Shown here: positions 26,412 through 35,926 of the stretch, piece by piece | How positions within the stretch are numbered: position 1 is the first letter of the stretch | How the letters are laid out: each line of letters opens with the position of its first letter | DNA from: a virus | Strand: one strand, 5' to 3' | Virus record (IMG/VR): IMGVR_UViG_3300048790_000078 | Span: 22,260-86,259 of that record | DNA: 64,000 bases | The notes under the pieces: generated by a model | The model's database searches: none | Told to the model about the DNA's origin: nothing | What the model saw: only the letters and a program-made list of their open reading frames with translations | Made by a program: the position numbers and the translations under genes

Positions 26412-27183
26412 CAAGTACGCTCCGCGCCGTATCGGAGACTTCGTTGGGCTTGCAGCGCCGAAGGCGATGTTCTCGCGTCTGGTGGCCGATCCATACCAGT
26501 CATCCTGGTTGAGCCTGGGAAATCCTGGGGTCGGCAAAACGGCCATGTCATTCGCGGCGGCGCACGCGATGAAAGCGGCCATCCACCACGTCCCCGCCCG
26601 CCAGTGCGATCTCGAAGAGGTGGACCGCATCTGCCGGATGTGCGCGGGCTATCCCATGATCGGCGAACGCTGGGTCGTAATTATCGACGAAGCGGACGTG
26701 ATCACCGGGCCGGCGCAACTCGCCCTGCTCTCCGTCCTCGACGGCACGGCTGGCCTGAAGGACGTCGTCTTTCTCATGACTGCCAACTCGACGAAGCTCC
26801 TCCATGACCGCTTCCTTAGCCGAGTGCGGACACTCCACTTCAACGCGCCGTCAGACGATGAGGTCGCGGAGTTCCTTCAGCGGGTCTTCAAGGCGGAACG
26901 CGGCAAGGGCAGACCGGACTTCACCGCGATCGCCGCGGCCGCCCGGGGGAATGTCCGATCAGCGTTAATGACACTCGAAACTGAGCTTCTGGTTCCGGGC
27001 TCTTTCGTCCCACTTCCACCCGCACCTATCCCGATGGTTTCCGCGACTACATCCGCCGCCGGATCATCCAATAACCATGCGCAACCCAGTGAAATCACAG
27101 AGTTACAGCAGCGGCGCTCAGACGCAGCCAAAAGAGCATGGGCGAGCAGTCCGAAGCTGCAAGCGTTAAGAAAGCGAGCGTAA
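26392..27183 (+). CDS. Clamp-loader/RarA-clade AAA+ ATPase
   Basis: LVDKYAPRRIGDFVG, GNPGVGKT, VIIDEAD, FLSRV, GNVRSAL. Confidence 0.85.
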   Translation: MQQQLVDKYAPRRIGDFVGLAAPKAMFSRLVADPYQSSWLSLGNPGVGKTAMSFAAAHAMKAAIHHVPARQCDLEEVDRICRMCAGYPMIGERWVVIIDEADVITGPAQLALLSVLDGTAGLKDVVFLMTANSTKLLHDRFLSRVRTLHFNAPSDDEVAEFLQRVFKAERGKGRPDFTAIAAAARGNVRSALMTLETELLVPGSFVPLPPAPIPMVSATTSAAGSSNNHAQPSEITELQQRRSDAAKRAWASSPKLQALRKRA

Positions 27184-27214
27184 AATCCAGAAATTCCCCG
27201 CCGAAATTGATACA

Positions 27215-27790
27215 ATGGCCCAATACACAATGAGGGTCATAAAACGCAACGAAGAATTTGTATACCAGGCCGTCATCAACGGAGACCTGGAGATCCGCGA
27301 AGACGGGACGATTTGGAGACTGAGAAAACGCAGCGGGCAGAAAACCGGCGGCGCTGTCAGTTATCCATGTAAGCCTGTACGTGCGGAAAGACCATTCGGG
27401 CCATACCTCCAGGTGCGCGCCATGATCGACGGCAAGCGCCTAAGCGCACTCGCTCACAGACTGGTTTACAAGCATTTCAAAGGACCGATACCTGAAGGCC
27501 TCACAATCAACCATGAGGACGGAAAGAAGCGCAATAACAGGCCGGATAACTTAGAAAAGGCAACAGATTCAGAGCAACAGATTCACGCCACTAGGGTATT
27601 AAAAGTAAGCCACGCCGCTCACCAAGACGGTCCTCAAAATTACATGTGCAAACTCACAACTGCACAAGTGGAAGAAATCAAACGCCGCCGCCTTGGCGGA
27701 GAAAAACTTAACTCTATTGCTGCGGACTTCGATGTCCGCTTCCAGCAAATCTCAAGAATCGCGCGCGGAGACAGGCGCGCTAAAGCATAA
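27215..27790 (+). CDS. HNH homing endonuclease with C-terminal HTH
   Basis: AHRLVY...INHEDGKKRNNRPDNLE...KLTTAQVEEI; lower GC than neighbours. Confidence 0.88.
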   Translation: MAQYTMRVIKRNEEFVYQAVINGDLEIREDGTIWRLRKRSGQKTGGAVSYPCKPVRAERPFGPYLQVRAMIDGKRLSALAHRLVYKHFKGPIPEGLTINHEDGKKRNNRPDNLEKATDSEQQIHATRVLKVSHAAHQDGPQNYMCKLTTAQVEEIKRRRLGGEKLNSIAADFDVRFQQISRIARGDRRAKA

Positions 27791-27804
27791 ACAGGAGAAC
27801 ATCA

Positions 27805-28779
27805 TTGCCGAACAAAACAATCATCGCGTGGGCCTCGTATACCGTGAATCCATCTCACGGATGTTCAAAGCCTGCCGCCGCTCCACTCGAAGCTATCCTC
27901 GATCTTAACGCCTTCGATACGACCCTCAAAGACCGCCTTTATCCGCACGGCATTCCGCTCAAATGGGGCAAGCCGGACACCAGCCTCGAATGTAGTAGAT
28001 GTTATGCAGAATTACTCAGCAACCGCCGCGGCTGGACTCCGAAGCCATGGCTCGAAGCGAACGCCGAAGAGAACCTGACGCTCCGGCCTGAACGCTTTCG
28101 GGAGTTCACCAAGGTAAAGGTGAAGGACGTCACGCTTCCACCATCGCAACGCGAGCGCTTCTTCGTGTGCAGCATGTCCGACGTGTTCCATAAACTCATC
28201 CCGGACGAACACATCCACCGCATGCTCGACGCCATGGCTGCCACACCGCACATCTACCAGGTGCTGACGAAGCGCCCTGAACGCGCCTACAACTTTCCGC
28301 ACTCTTGGCCGGCAAACATCTGGCTCGGCACCACCTGCGGGCACCCGATCACGAAATGGCGTCTCGAATACCTTCGCCGCTCACTGGCGAAGACCCGCTT
28401 CGTGAGCATGGAGCCGCTTCTCGATTCCATGCTGCCTCTCGACCTTACCGGAATCGACCAACTCATCATCGGCGGAGAATCCGGTGCCGGCTACCGCAAA
28501 ATGGAAATGTCCTGGGCCCGCGAGATGCGCGATCTGTGCGCGGAGACTAAGACTGCGTACTTCTATAAACAGGACGCGGCCTTCGTTACGGAGCGCCGAT
28601 GCTACCTCATGGAAACGGACGGGCGATGCCTCCAGTACCGGCAGTTCCCCGGCGAGCTCACCGCTCCGGTAGAAGTTCAGCCAGACAATGCTGCCTACCA
28701 TCGCACTCTGTTTCCGAACTGGAGACCAGGCGCCGCGCCCGCCGCGCAGCCGGCGGATCTCTTCCCGGTGCTGCCATGA
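27805..28779 (+). CDS. DUF5131 / phage Gp37-Gp68 radical-SAM-like protein
   Basis: IAWASYTVNPSHGCSK...ECSRCYA, FVCSMSDVFH, VLTKRPER, SMEPLL, IGGESG. Confidence 0.9.
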   Translation: MPNKTIIAWASYTVNPSHGCSKPAAAPLEAILDLNAFDTTLKDRLYPHGIPLKWGKPDTSLECSRCYAELLSNRRGWTPKPWLEANAEENLTLRPERFREFTKVKVKDVTLPPSQRERFFVCSMSDVFHKLIPDEHIHRMLDAMAATPHIYQVLTKRPERAYNFPHSWPANIWLGTTCGHPITKWRLEYLRRSLAKTRFVSMEPLLDSMLPLDLTGIDQLIIGGESGAGYRKMEMSWAREMRDLCAETKTAYFYKQDAAFVTERRCYLMETDGRCLQYRQFPGELTAPVEVQPDNAAYHRTLFPNWRPGAAPAAQPADLFPVLP

Positions 28780-28888
28780 ACCGGGCCGAGCATCTTCAAT
28801 GGGCGAAAGACCGCGCCCTTGCCTACCTCCCGCACGATCCGGCCAACGCCTGGGCGTCATTCGCTTCCGACATCGAACCGGACGAACC

Positions 28889-29200
28889 ATGAACGACGAA
28901 AGCGAAGTCTTCACCGAGCAACTGCAGGCCGCCCGGATCGCGCAGATGGCGGACTGGGTCCATGTTCTGCCGCGCGTCCCTGCCAGCGTCACAGGAATCG
29001 AAATGCTGGTCACCTACGATGACGCCGGGCAGATCAAAGTCAGCGTCGGCTTGGACCGGCGGGACGAATACCTGCACGCTGGCCTGCAAGACGAACCGGC
29101 GCCGCCGAAACCGCGAACGTACTGGATCGCCTCAGCGACCATGCTGGGCGCTGTCGTTCTCGGCACCGTTATCGGATTCTGGCTGGAACAGGTTTTGTAA
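28889..29200 (+). CDS. Membrane-anchored hypothetical protein
   Basis: C-terminal TM helix. Confidence 0.55.
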   Translation: MNDESEVFTEQLQAARIAQMADWVHVLPRVPASVTGIEMLVTYDDAGQIKVSVGLDRRDEYLHAGLQDEPAPPKPRTYWIASATMLGAVVLGTVIGFWLEQVL

Positions 29201-29201
29201 C

Positions 29202-30023
29202 ATGGCCAAATCCGTCCATCCACCCGCTCCGCTCACCAGCCTGGCAAAACTCATTGAGTCCGTCAGCTACCGGCGGCACAACCATGAAGTGTTTTCGGAC
29301 TTCGTTGAGATGTCCGCGATCGCCATCAGCAATGCCGTGGACCTCGGCCAGCGCGAGAAGCGCGAAGCCGACTACATGCGCATCGTCAAGAAGTACGAAC
29401 CGCAGGAGATCGAGAAGTTTCCGGAGATGCTGGCCTCTCTGGTCACTGCGCTCGACGTTCACGAGGACGGCCTGTCGGACGTGCTCGGCAAGACCTATCA
29501 CGATCTGGAGCTTCACAACAAATGGGTCGGGCAATACTTCACCCCGTTAGAGATCTGCCGCATGATAGCGAAGATGACCATCGGCGACAACGGGCCCACG
29601 CTTCCCGAATGCGGTTACCTGACCGTCATGGAGCCAGCGGCGGGCAGCGGCGCCATGGTCCTTGCCTTCGCAGCGGAGATGAAGGCGGCGGGCCTCAACT
29701 ACCAGACCCAGCTTCACGTCACCGCCGTCGACGTCGATCTGAAGTGCTGCGCAATGACCTATATTCAACTCTCTCTATTGCATATCCCGGCCGTGATCGT
29801 CCACGGCAATTCGCTCAGCCTGGAAGAATGGAGTCGGTGGTACACGCCGGCTCACATCCTCAATCGGTGGGATTATAAGCTCCGCCGTAAGCGCGAGACT
29901 GACCCTCTAGCTACACTCCTGCCGAACGATGAAGGCATTGCGCCGAAATCGTTCAGCCTGCAGGAGGAACCGACAATCACGCTTCCCGTGGCTGACAAGC
30001 GCGGGCAGTTCTCACTGTTTTGA
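29202..30023 (+). CDS. N6-adenine DNA methyltransferase-like (HsdM-like, lacking NPPY/DPPY)
   Basis: GQYFTP, MEPAAGSGAM, AVDVD, IVHGNSL. Confidence 0.8.
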   Translation: MAKSVHPPAPLTSLAKLIESVSYRRHNHEVFSDFVEMSAIAISNAVDLGQREKREADYMRIVKKYEPQEIEKFPEMLASLVTALDVHEDGLSDVLGKTYHDLELHNKWVGQYFTPLEICRMIAKMTIGDNGPTLPECGYLTVMEPAAGSGAMVLAFAAEMKAAGLNYQTQLHVTAVDVDLKCCAMTYIQLSLLHIPAVIVHGNSLSLEEWSRWYTPAHILNRWDYKLRRKRETDPLATLLPNDEGIAPKSFSLQEEPTITLPVADKRGQFSLF

Positions 30024-30033
30024 AAGGACCACC

Positions 30034-30317
30034 ATGAAACGCCTCGCCGTTCTCTTCTTCTGGCCGTCGCGCTGCTGCTGGCCGCCCCGCGCTATCGCCA
30101 CACCTACCCGCGCAGCCGCGCTGTCACCCGCGAGTTCCAGCGTCTGAATCCGTGCCCGTCAACAGGCAAGAGGTACGGCGCATGCCCGGGCTATGTGAAA
30201 GACCACGTTCGCGCCCTGTGCAAAGGCGGATCCGATGCACCATGGCAAATGCAGTGGCAGTCAGTCGAACAAGCCAAGATTAAGGACCGCTGGGAGCGGA
30301 GCATTTGCCGCCGATGA
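30034..30317 (+). CDS. Small HNH-type protein with signal-like N-terminus (frameshift near 30058)
   Basis: MKRLAVL|LLAVALLLA...NPCPSTGKRYGACPGYVKDHVRALCKGGSD..MQWQ...KDRWE. Confidence 0.65.
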
Positions 30318-30947
30318 ACGCCTGAGCGGTGGTCGCGATTGAACATTGGCAATTGACTGTTCGAGCGTGTAACCGCGCCGCCGATAATATCCGTGAAGCC
30401 GAAAGTAACCTAGATGGAGTCGATTGGCTAATTGCTTTAGCGTCATCGTCTCGCCGAGATAAGTGACAATCACGTTTTTGGAAGTGTTCTGCCCTTGCTC
30501 TTCCCTTGTTGCCCAGCGGACGTTTCCCGGCTCGTAATTGCCGTCTTTGTTTGGCCATCGATCTAGCGAATGTAGCGGCGTTGGCCGCTGGCCGACATAG
30601 GACAAGAAGGCCGTAAAGTTTTCCACCCATTCCTGACACATCGTTATTCCGCGTCCGCCGTAACGGTGATACTCGTTGTGCTTAGGATAGAAGCAGCGCT
30701 GTTTCGCCCCTGCCCAAGATTGATATTCCAATTGGTGCGTGTTCTTGATTGCATTCGGCCTCAAGGCCCCGCACGGTTGGCATGATCTGCTCTTCCCTGA
30801 GCGCAAATCGTTCGTGCCTACCTCCTTAACGGTTCCGCATTCGCACCTGCACAGCCATCGCACCCTCTTCTTCTGCGCTGTCCTCTCGATAACGAACCAC
30901 TTCCCGAACGTCTGCCCTGTTACGTCAATAAAGTTGTCTCTGCCCAT
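30261..30947 (-). CDS. HNH homing endonuclease, inverted within the operon
   Basis: WLCRCECG...YGGRGI...SLDRWPNKDGNYEPGNVRWAT. Confidence 0.88.
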   Translation of the reverse strand: MGRDNFIDVTGQTFGKWFVIERTAQKKRVRWLCRCECGTVKEVGTNDLRSGKSRSCQPCGALRPNAIKNTHQLEYQSWAGAKQRCFYPKHNEYHRYGGRGITMCQEWVENFTAFLSYVGQRPTPLHSLDRWPNKDGNYEPGNVRWATREEQGQNTSKNVIVTYLGETMTLKQLANRLHLGYFRLHGYYRRRGYTLEQSIANVQSRPPLRRSSAANAPLPAVLNLGLFD

Positions 30948-30979
30948 AGGAATGAGTATATACTAACCATACCGCATAT

Positions 30980-31147
30980 ATGCGAACAAAATTACTTATC
31001 TCTCTCGAAAAAGAACTCCTGGACCGGATCGAAGAGCACCGGTACAAAAACCGCATACCCAGCCGCGCTGAGGCGATGCGCTCGCTCATGGTGACAGCCC
31101 TCGACAAGGCTGCGCCGCCTCCAACAAAAAGGAAGGTCCGCAAATGA
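30980..31147 (+). CDS. CopG-like ribbon-helix-helix protein
   Basis: Manual translation MRTKLLISLEKELLDRIEEHRYKNRIPSRAEAMRSLM. Confidence 0.75.
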   Translation: MRTKLLISLEKELLDRIEEHRYKNRIPSRAEAMRSLMVTALDKAAPPPTKRKVRK

Positions 31148-31812
31148 AACGATCAGACCGCCGCTTTTATTACGAGACCCCGCAGCACCTCACAGATGCC
31201 GCGCTGTCCATCTGCGTAGAACTCGACCGGGAGTATCCGTACCTGGCCGAGTTCCACCTCGAAAACGACGGCACTTACCGGCTGTTCAGCCTGCACACCG
31301 TCAGCCGTTCAATCGCCAACACCGGCAAGGAGTATGTTGGCAAAACCGGCTGGGACGTGGCATGGATCGAGCGCGACGGAACCTACGCCTACCATCAGTC
31401 GAGCGGCGGCGGCGGGCTGCGTCACAAGGTCAGCGGGATCTACTGGCGGCATCCGGACATGCCGCACATGGTCCGCGAAGAGACGGCGACGTATTGCGAT
31501 AAGGCTTTCAGGAAGCGCAACAAGACCCGGCGTTTGCGGCGGATTCCGGATGACCTGCTGCGAGACCATTACGGGAGAGGCAAGTACGACTGCCTCATGG
31601 AAATGCTGGAAAGCACTGCCATCGACAGCGACGTGTATTATTGCGCGATCTGCGAACAGGACCTGCCGGATCGGCCGGAATCTCTCTGCCAGCATGTCTG
31701 GTGGTGCGACGAAACCGGTGCGCTTCGCGGGCCCGGCTCTGACGAATACACGGAACCATGCGAGGACGAAGACTGCTACGATTGCTCGCGCGCAAAGGAA
31801 CGGGCGGCATGA
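31144..31812 (+). CDS. Cys-rich hypothetical protein
   Basis: Several CxxC motifs at the C-terminus. Confidence 0.7.
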   Translation: MKRSDRRFYYETPQHLTDAALSICVELDREYPYLAEFHLENDGTYRLFSLHTVSRSIANTGKEYVGKTGWDVAWIERDGTYAYHQSSGGGGLRHKVSGIYWRHPDMPHMVREETATYCDKAFRKRNKTRRLRRIPDDLLRDHYGRGKYDCLMEMLESTAIDSDVYYCAICEQDLPDRPESLCQHVWWCDETGALRGPGSDEYTEPCEDEDCYDCSRAKERAA

Positions 31813-32096
31813 GGAAGACTCCGCAAGCGCGCCGCTACAAATGCCGCAACGCTGGGTGCTCAAACCACTACGATGACATCATCGGCGGCGATACCGCATT
31901 CGGCAATCACAAGGCCGGCGCCGTCTGCATCCCGTGCCTGTACGCGGACCAGATGGTCAGCCACGGCCAGACCATCGAACAGGTCGAAGCCGTCCCTCTC
32001 CTGATGGCGCAATTCTCCGGGCTGTTGGCGAGGACAGGCTGGACGTGGGAGCATGTCAAAGAGTCCCACAAGCGAATGGCTGGAGCCGTCCAATGA
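31809..32096 (+). CDS. Zn-binding hypothetical protein
   Basis: CRNAGC...CIPC. Confidence 0.6.
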   Translation: MRKTPQARRYKCRNAGCSNHYDDIIGGDTAFGNHKAGAVCIPCLYADQMVSHGQTIEQVEAVPLLMAQFSGLLARTGWTWEHVKESHKRMAGAVQ

Positions 32097-32560
32097 GCGC
32101 CGACCGTGTACCCGTCCCGATATTCTATGGCGACATCGGGAACGGCAAGATCAATCTCGGTGATGATCGCGCCTTTTTTTCAAACCTCCTGAAAGCCCTT
32201 GAAGGCAAAGAGATCGCCATCGCAATGTGGGAACGGTTCGACCCCGAAGATATCCTGCAACTCAGGGGATATTTTCATGGGTATGTTCTCCCCGCTATTG
32301 CCCTGGCCAGCGGGGAAAATAAAATCACGCCAGAGGTTTTGGATCGGGTGAAACGCGGGCTGAAAATTCTCTTCCTCACTGACCCGGCGACAGGCAAAGT
32401 CCCGAGCACGGAGAGCCTCAAGAAGGGCCAGTATTGGCAGTTCATTGAGAACTGTCGGCAGTACTCAGCTGAGACCCTGTGCCACTACATCGACGACCCG
32501 GACAGGGCGCGGCTCCAGCGTGCGGTCAACAGGCGGACGCCACCGGAGGTCGCATCGTGA
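32093..32560 (+). CDS. NinB/YbcN-like protein
   Basis: QLRGYFHG...PSTESLKKGQYWQFIENCRQYSA. Confidence 0.5.
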   Translation: MSADRVPVPIFYGDIGNGKINLGDDRAFFSNLLKALEGKEIAIAMWERFDPEDILQLRGYFHGYVLPAIALASGENKITPEVLDRVKRGLKILFLTDPATGKVPSTESLKKGQYWQFIENCRQYSAETLCHYIDDPDRARLQRAVNRRTPPEVAS

Positions 32561-32958
32561 AGGACTGCACGCCTCACGCCGACCCAATGGAGCTTTGGCG
32601 CAAAGGCGTTCCCTTGCGCGAGATTCCGATCTGCATCACCACGCCGATCTGCCAGCGGTGCCAGCGTTGCATCGTTCATTGCCTTTGTCCGCCGCCTGCC
32701 GAACGCGCGACCACTGACGAATGGAAGCGCAACGGCAGAGGCAATCTGGTGCTCAAGTCATGAAGGCCGTGGTCACGAAGCGCGGGCGAGGACAGCGCGG
32801 CGGCTGCACGAAGCTCGACGACCCGAGCAGGATGCCGTGGCCGGCGGATTACTTCGAGACCCGGCCACCATCCTGCGGCAGCTCCCTCGACGGATTGGGA
32901 CCGCCGCCGGAACCGATTCCCCAGCGCAGACCACGAACACGGAAAGGACGATCTCTCA

Positions 32959-33246
32959 ATGGCGATGAGCCCATGCAAATGCGGTAAGAACCGATGGGAA
33001 TACCGGCTCGACGAAACCGACTACCGAATCCACGCGACATGCAAAGCATGCAAACGAGTGGTTTCATTCCTCAGCAAGAAGGGCAAGAAACTCGCCTCCG
33101 GCTGGGTTCCGCCGCCGCTGACCAAAGGCGTTCACGCCCACGACTACAAAGCAATCGAACACGGCCCGGGCCCGGACGCTACCGGTGACGAGCTCTGGCC
33201 ACCATGGATTCCGTTCAGCGATCGCGTTGGAGTTCCTGCTCAATGA
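32959..33246 (+). CDS. Zn-ribbon protein
   Basis: CKCG...CKAC. Confidence 0.55.
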   Translation: MAMSPCKCGKNRWEYRLDETDYRIHATCKACKRVVSFLSKKGKKLASGWVPPPLTKGVHAHDYKAIEHGPGPDATGDELWPPWIPFSDRVGVPAQ

Positions 33247-33420
33247 CAGGCCGGACACTACGCGATCATCTGAATCTGGTTCCTGACTCATGGCTCGATC
33301 TTGAGGTGGAACTGTCGGTCGCCTCAGTGGAACGCCCGCTGCAGCACGTCCAGCTTCACGAAGAGTTCGACGAAAGCCAACCATTCGGCACCGTCATTTC
33401 GACGCGCCGGGTGCTTCAGC

Positions 33421-34261
33421 TTACGGACGTTTGACCAGCGGTATAACCTGGCTGGCCAACAGATACGGCGCGTTCTCGTCGAACCCATGCGCCCGCATCC
33501 ACGCGACCCGCTGCCCGACTTCGAAGGTTACGACAAGGTAGTAGTTGCCATCGAGCGCTGCCGAACTGCGGTCCTTTGCGACTGCTTCGGAACTCCGCTC
33601 TGAACGGGCTCGCCGTTGCGATCTCCTGCAACTGGTCAATGACCGGCTGCGCGGCGGCCTGTTCCTGCGCGAAGATCCCCGCGATCTCCGGCAACCGGCC
33701 AAACTCGATCTCCATGTCGATCCGCGTCATCCCCGCCTCGGCCAAGTCCAGCGACCCATCGGCAATCATGGCGAGGAACGGGTCTTTATCGAACTGGCCT
33801 TGTGACTGACGATTGTTGAGCTGGACGTTCATCTCCCGCTCGGTCTTCTCGTCGACGTCGATCGCCATGACCCCGACGATGTAGGACTGGCTCCCTTCGA
33901 GCTCATCGAGGATCGACAATCTCTGATGACCGCCTACGACTAGGCCGCTGCGCCTGTTCCATGTGATCGGCGTGACGCAGCCAACCGTCTCCAGCTTCTT
34001 CTTGAGCAAGCCACGCGCGTATGAGCTGATGCGGCGCGGGTTCCACGGGGCTCCTTGAATTTGATCCCTGCGGATTTCCATATAGACGCCGCTCTGGTGC
34101 TCGGTGCGCGACAGGACGACTTCCGGCTTGGGCGGCTTCGGCGCTTTGACATTGCGCTCCTTGCGCGAAGCATTCGGGTTTGGTGGCGCCTTCTCGCGCT
34201 TCTCCCGTACTTTCTTCTCGGCCCGCTCCGGCCTGACGTTCGGATTTCGTTCAGCCACCAA
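33421..34261 (-). CDS. ParB/Srx domain protein (apparent frameshift near 33618)
   Basis: APWNPRRIS...ITWNRRSGLVVGGHQRL...EREMNVQLNN; C-terminus ...YYLVVTFE continues in another frame to 33421. Confidence 0.85.
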
Positions 34262-34967
34262 AGAACTCCTTGCTCGACCAGAAACGGCCGCCCGGATCCA
34301 GCCCGACAGATTCCAGCCAGGCGTTTCGCTCGGCAGTAGAAGGCCACACCACCATCAGCGCGTCCGTCTCTTCTTTCGGCGGTGCTGCGGTATGCGTGGC
34401 CTGCTTCTCGCTGTGGATGGCCACCACGGCTTCGACAGGCGCCAGCGGCCCGGCACCCGCCGCCGGCAACGTCGCGCCCGGGAACATCGCCGCCAGATCC
34501 TCCTCGCCCATGCCGACTTCTTCGAGGTCTAGCCCTTCGGCCACCATCTGCAGCAGCGCTTCGCTGAAGTTGCCCTGCGCTGCCGCGTTGTTCATGAAGA
34601 CGTTGAGCGCCCGCTCCTGCTTCTCTGACAGCCGGACCACGGCGACACCGACCAGGTAGTCGTTCTTCAGCGGGAGGTCTTCAAAGGGCGGTTCGTAGTG
34701 GTTGAGATCGTCCAGGATGCTCAGACGCAAATGACCCGAGACCAGTACCCCGCTCCGCTCATTCCAGCAAAGGGTCTCGACAAGCCCGTTCTTCTCGATC
34801 TGCTTCTTCAGCAGCCGCCGGGACTTCTCTGTGACCAAGCGCGGATTGTATGCTGCGGTGCGGATCGTGGAGCGCTGGATCTCCCTGTAGGAGAACGTCT
34901 GGTGTTTGCTTTTTGCTGACCCGCTTGGGGCGCTCGGGGCGGTTTCGTTTGGCAAGCTCTCGCTCAA
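34251..34967 (-). CDS. ParB/Srx domain protein
   Basis: AAYNPRLV...LCWNERSGVLVSGHLRL...ERALNVFMNN. Confidence 0.85.
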   Translation of the reverse strand: MSESLPNETAPSAPSGSAKSKHQTFSYREIQRSTIRTAAYNPRLVTEKSRRLLKKQIEKNGLVETLCWNERSGVLVSGHLRLSILDDLNHYEPPFEDLPLKNDYLVGVAVVRLSEKQERALNVFMNNAAAQGNFSEALLQMVAEGLDLEEVGMGEEDLAAMFPGATLPAAGAGPLAPVEAVVAIHSEKQATHTAAPPKEETDALMVVWPSTAERNAWLESVGLDPGGRFWSSKEFFGG

Positions 34968-35610
34968 TTTCTTTTTGTCTCTGTAATTCCAGTGCTCGAT
35001 CTGCCTGTGCTGCGGCGCCCGGAAAGACTTGTAGCACCCGGTCGTAGTCCGAAGGCCAGTTCTCCCTCAAGTAGAGCATACTGCTCGGGAGCACGTTCAC
35101 GCCAACGCTGCGGCCGTAAGACAGGTTCGGGATGATGATGCCGGACCGTGACAGGTAGGCTTTTACGTCCTTCTCGGACCAGTCCTTGATCGGAGCGAAG
35201 CGCTTTTCTTTCGCGTTGATGCCGTCGACATACATCGAGAGGATGCCGCGGCGCTCCAGTGAATCGCGGGACTTATAGCCGTATCCGATCCACTCGCAGC
35301 CGGACTCGCGCTTCGCCATGGCTTCGACTTCTTTAACAGAGACGGCGGGGACGTCGACCGGCGATCGGAAGATGCCGTTGCGGAGGTAGTTAGAGGTATT
35401 CCAGTGCTGATACTGGCGGACTTTGACGTGGAAAGTGTCGGCGGCGTACTCACACCAGAACCGGGAGAAGTCCAGGCCAGGTATGAAAAACATGTACATG
35501 CAGGAAAACCTGCGGCCAGCATCTTTGAGTATCTGGCAACAGGCCAAACTGTCCTTCCCGCCGCTGTAGCTGATCAAAAGCTCATCGGCGGCAGGAAGGA
35601 TACTCGGCAT
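34759..35610 (-). CDS. PAPS-reductase-like PP-loop protein
   Basis: ISYSGGKDS, GYKSRDSLERR, APIKDWS; the long 3' overlap with the ParB gene is suspect. Confidence 0.85.
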   Translation of the reverse strand: MPSILPAADELLISYSGGKDSLACCQILKDAGRRFSCMYMFFIPGLDFSRFWCEYAADTFHVKVRQYQHWNTSNYLRNGIFRSPVDVPAVSVKEVEAMAKRESGCEWIGYGYKSRDSLERRGILSMYVDGINAKEKRFAPIKDWSEKDVKAYLSRSGIIIPNLSYGRSVGVNVLPSSMLYLRENWPSDYDRVLQVFPGAAAQADRALELQRQKEIERELAKRNRPERPKRVSKKQTPDVLLQGDPALHDPHRSIQSALGHREVPAAAEEADREERACRDPLLE

Positions 35611-35622
35611 GCTTGAAGTTTA

Positions 35623-35808
35623 CTACTCGTGGGAGCCGGCGGTCGCAGCCTTTGCGGCGGAAGCCAGACGGCTCGCAGCCCGGAGACGCGCAGGGCTATA
35701 ACGCCCACCACCAGCAGCGGCGGCACGCCGGACACCGGCACCAGCCTGTTTCGTAGCAGCCCGGCCAGCGGCTCGTCCGCGGGCGGCAGCACTTACTTTT
35801 TTAGCCAT
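35623..35808 (-). CDS. Small Ala/Arg/Gly-rich basic peptide (61 aa)
   Basis: AAAGGAA RBS; MAKKVSAAARGRAAGRAATKQAGAGVRRAAAAGGGRYSPARLRAASRL. Confidence 0.7.
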   Translation of the reverse strand: MAKKVSAAARGRAAGRAATKQAGAGVRRAAAAGGGRYSPARLRAASRLASAAKAATAGSHE

Positions 35809-35926
35809 AAGTCGATAGTTCCTTTCAGGAATGAGATGTGGACGGATGGCCGAAACTGGTTTCAGCATAGCAAACATTATGGTCCCGCGAAATCAAATCG
35901 TTCGCGACCCTGATTCTATTGGTGAT

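Noticed and set aside
14600-31812. Many proteins ending in Ala-Ala as possible ClpXP degrons
   Set aside because: Largely explained by the overlapping RBS and ATGA of the next gene (e.g. GGAGGCTGCATGA).
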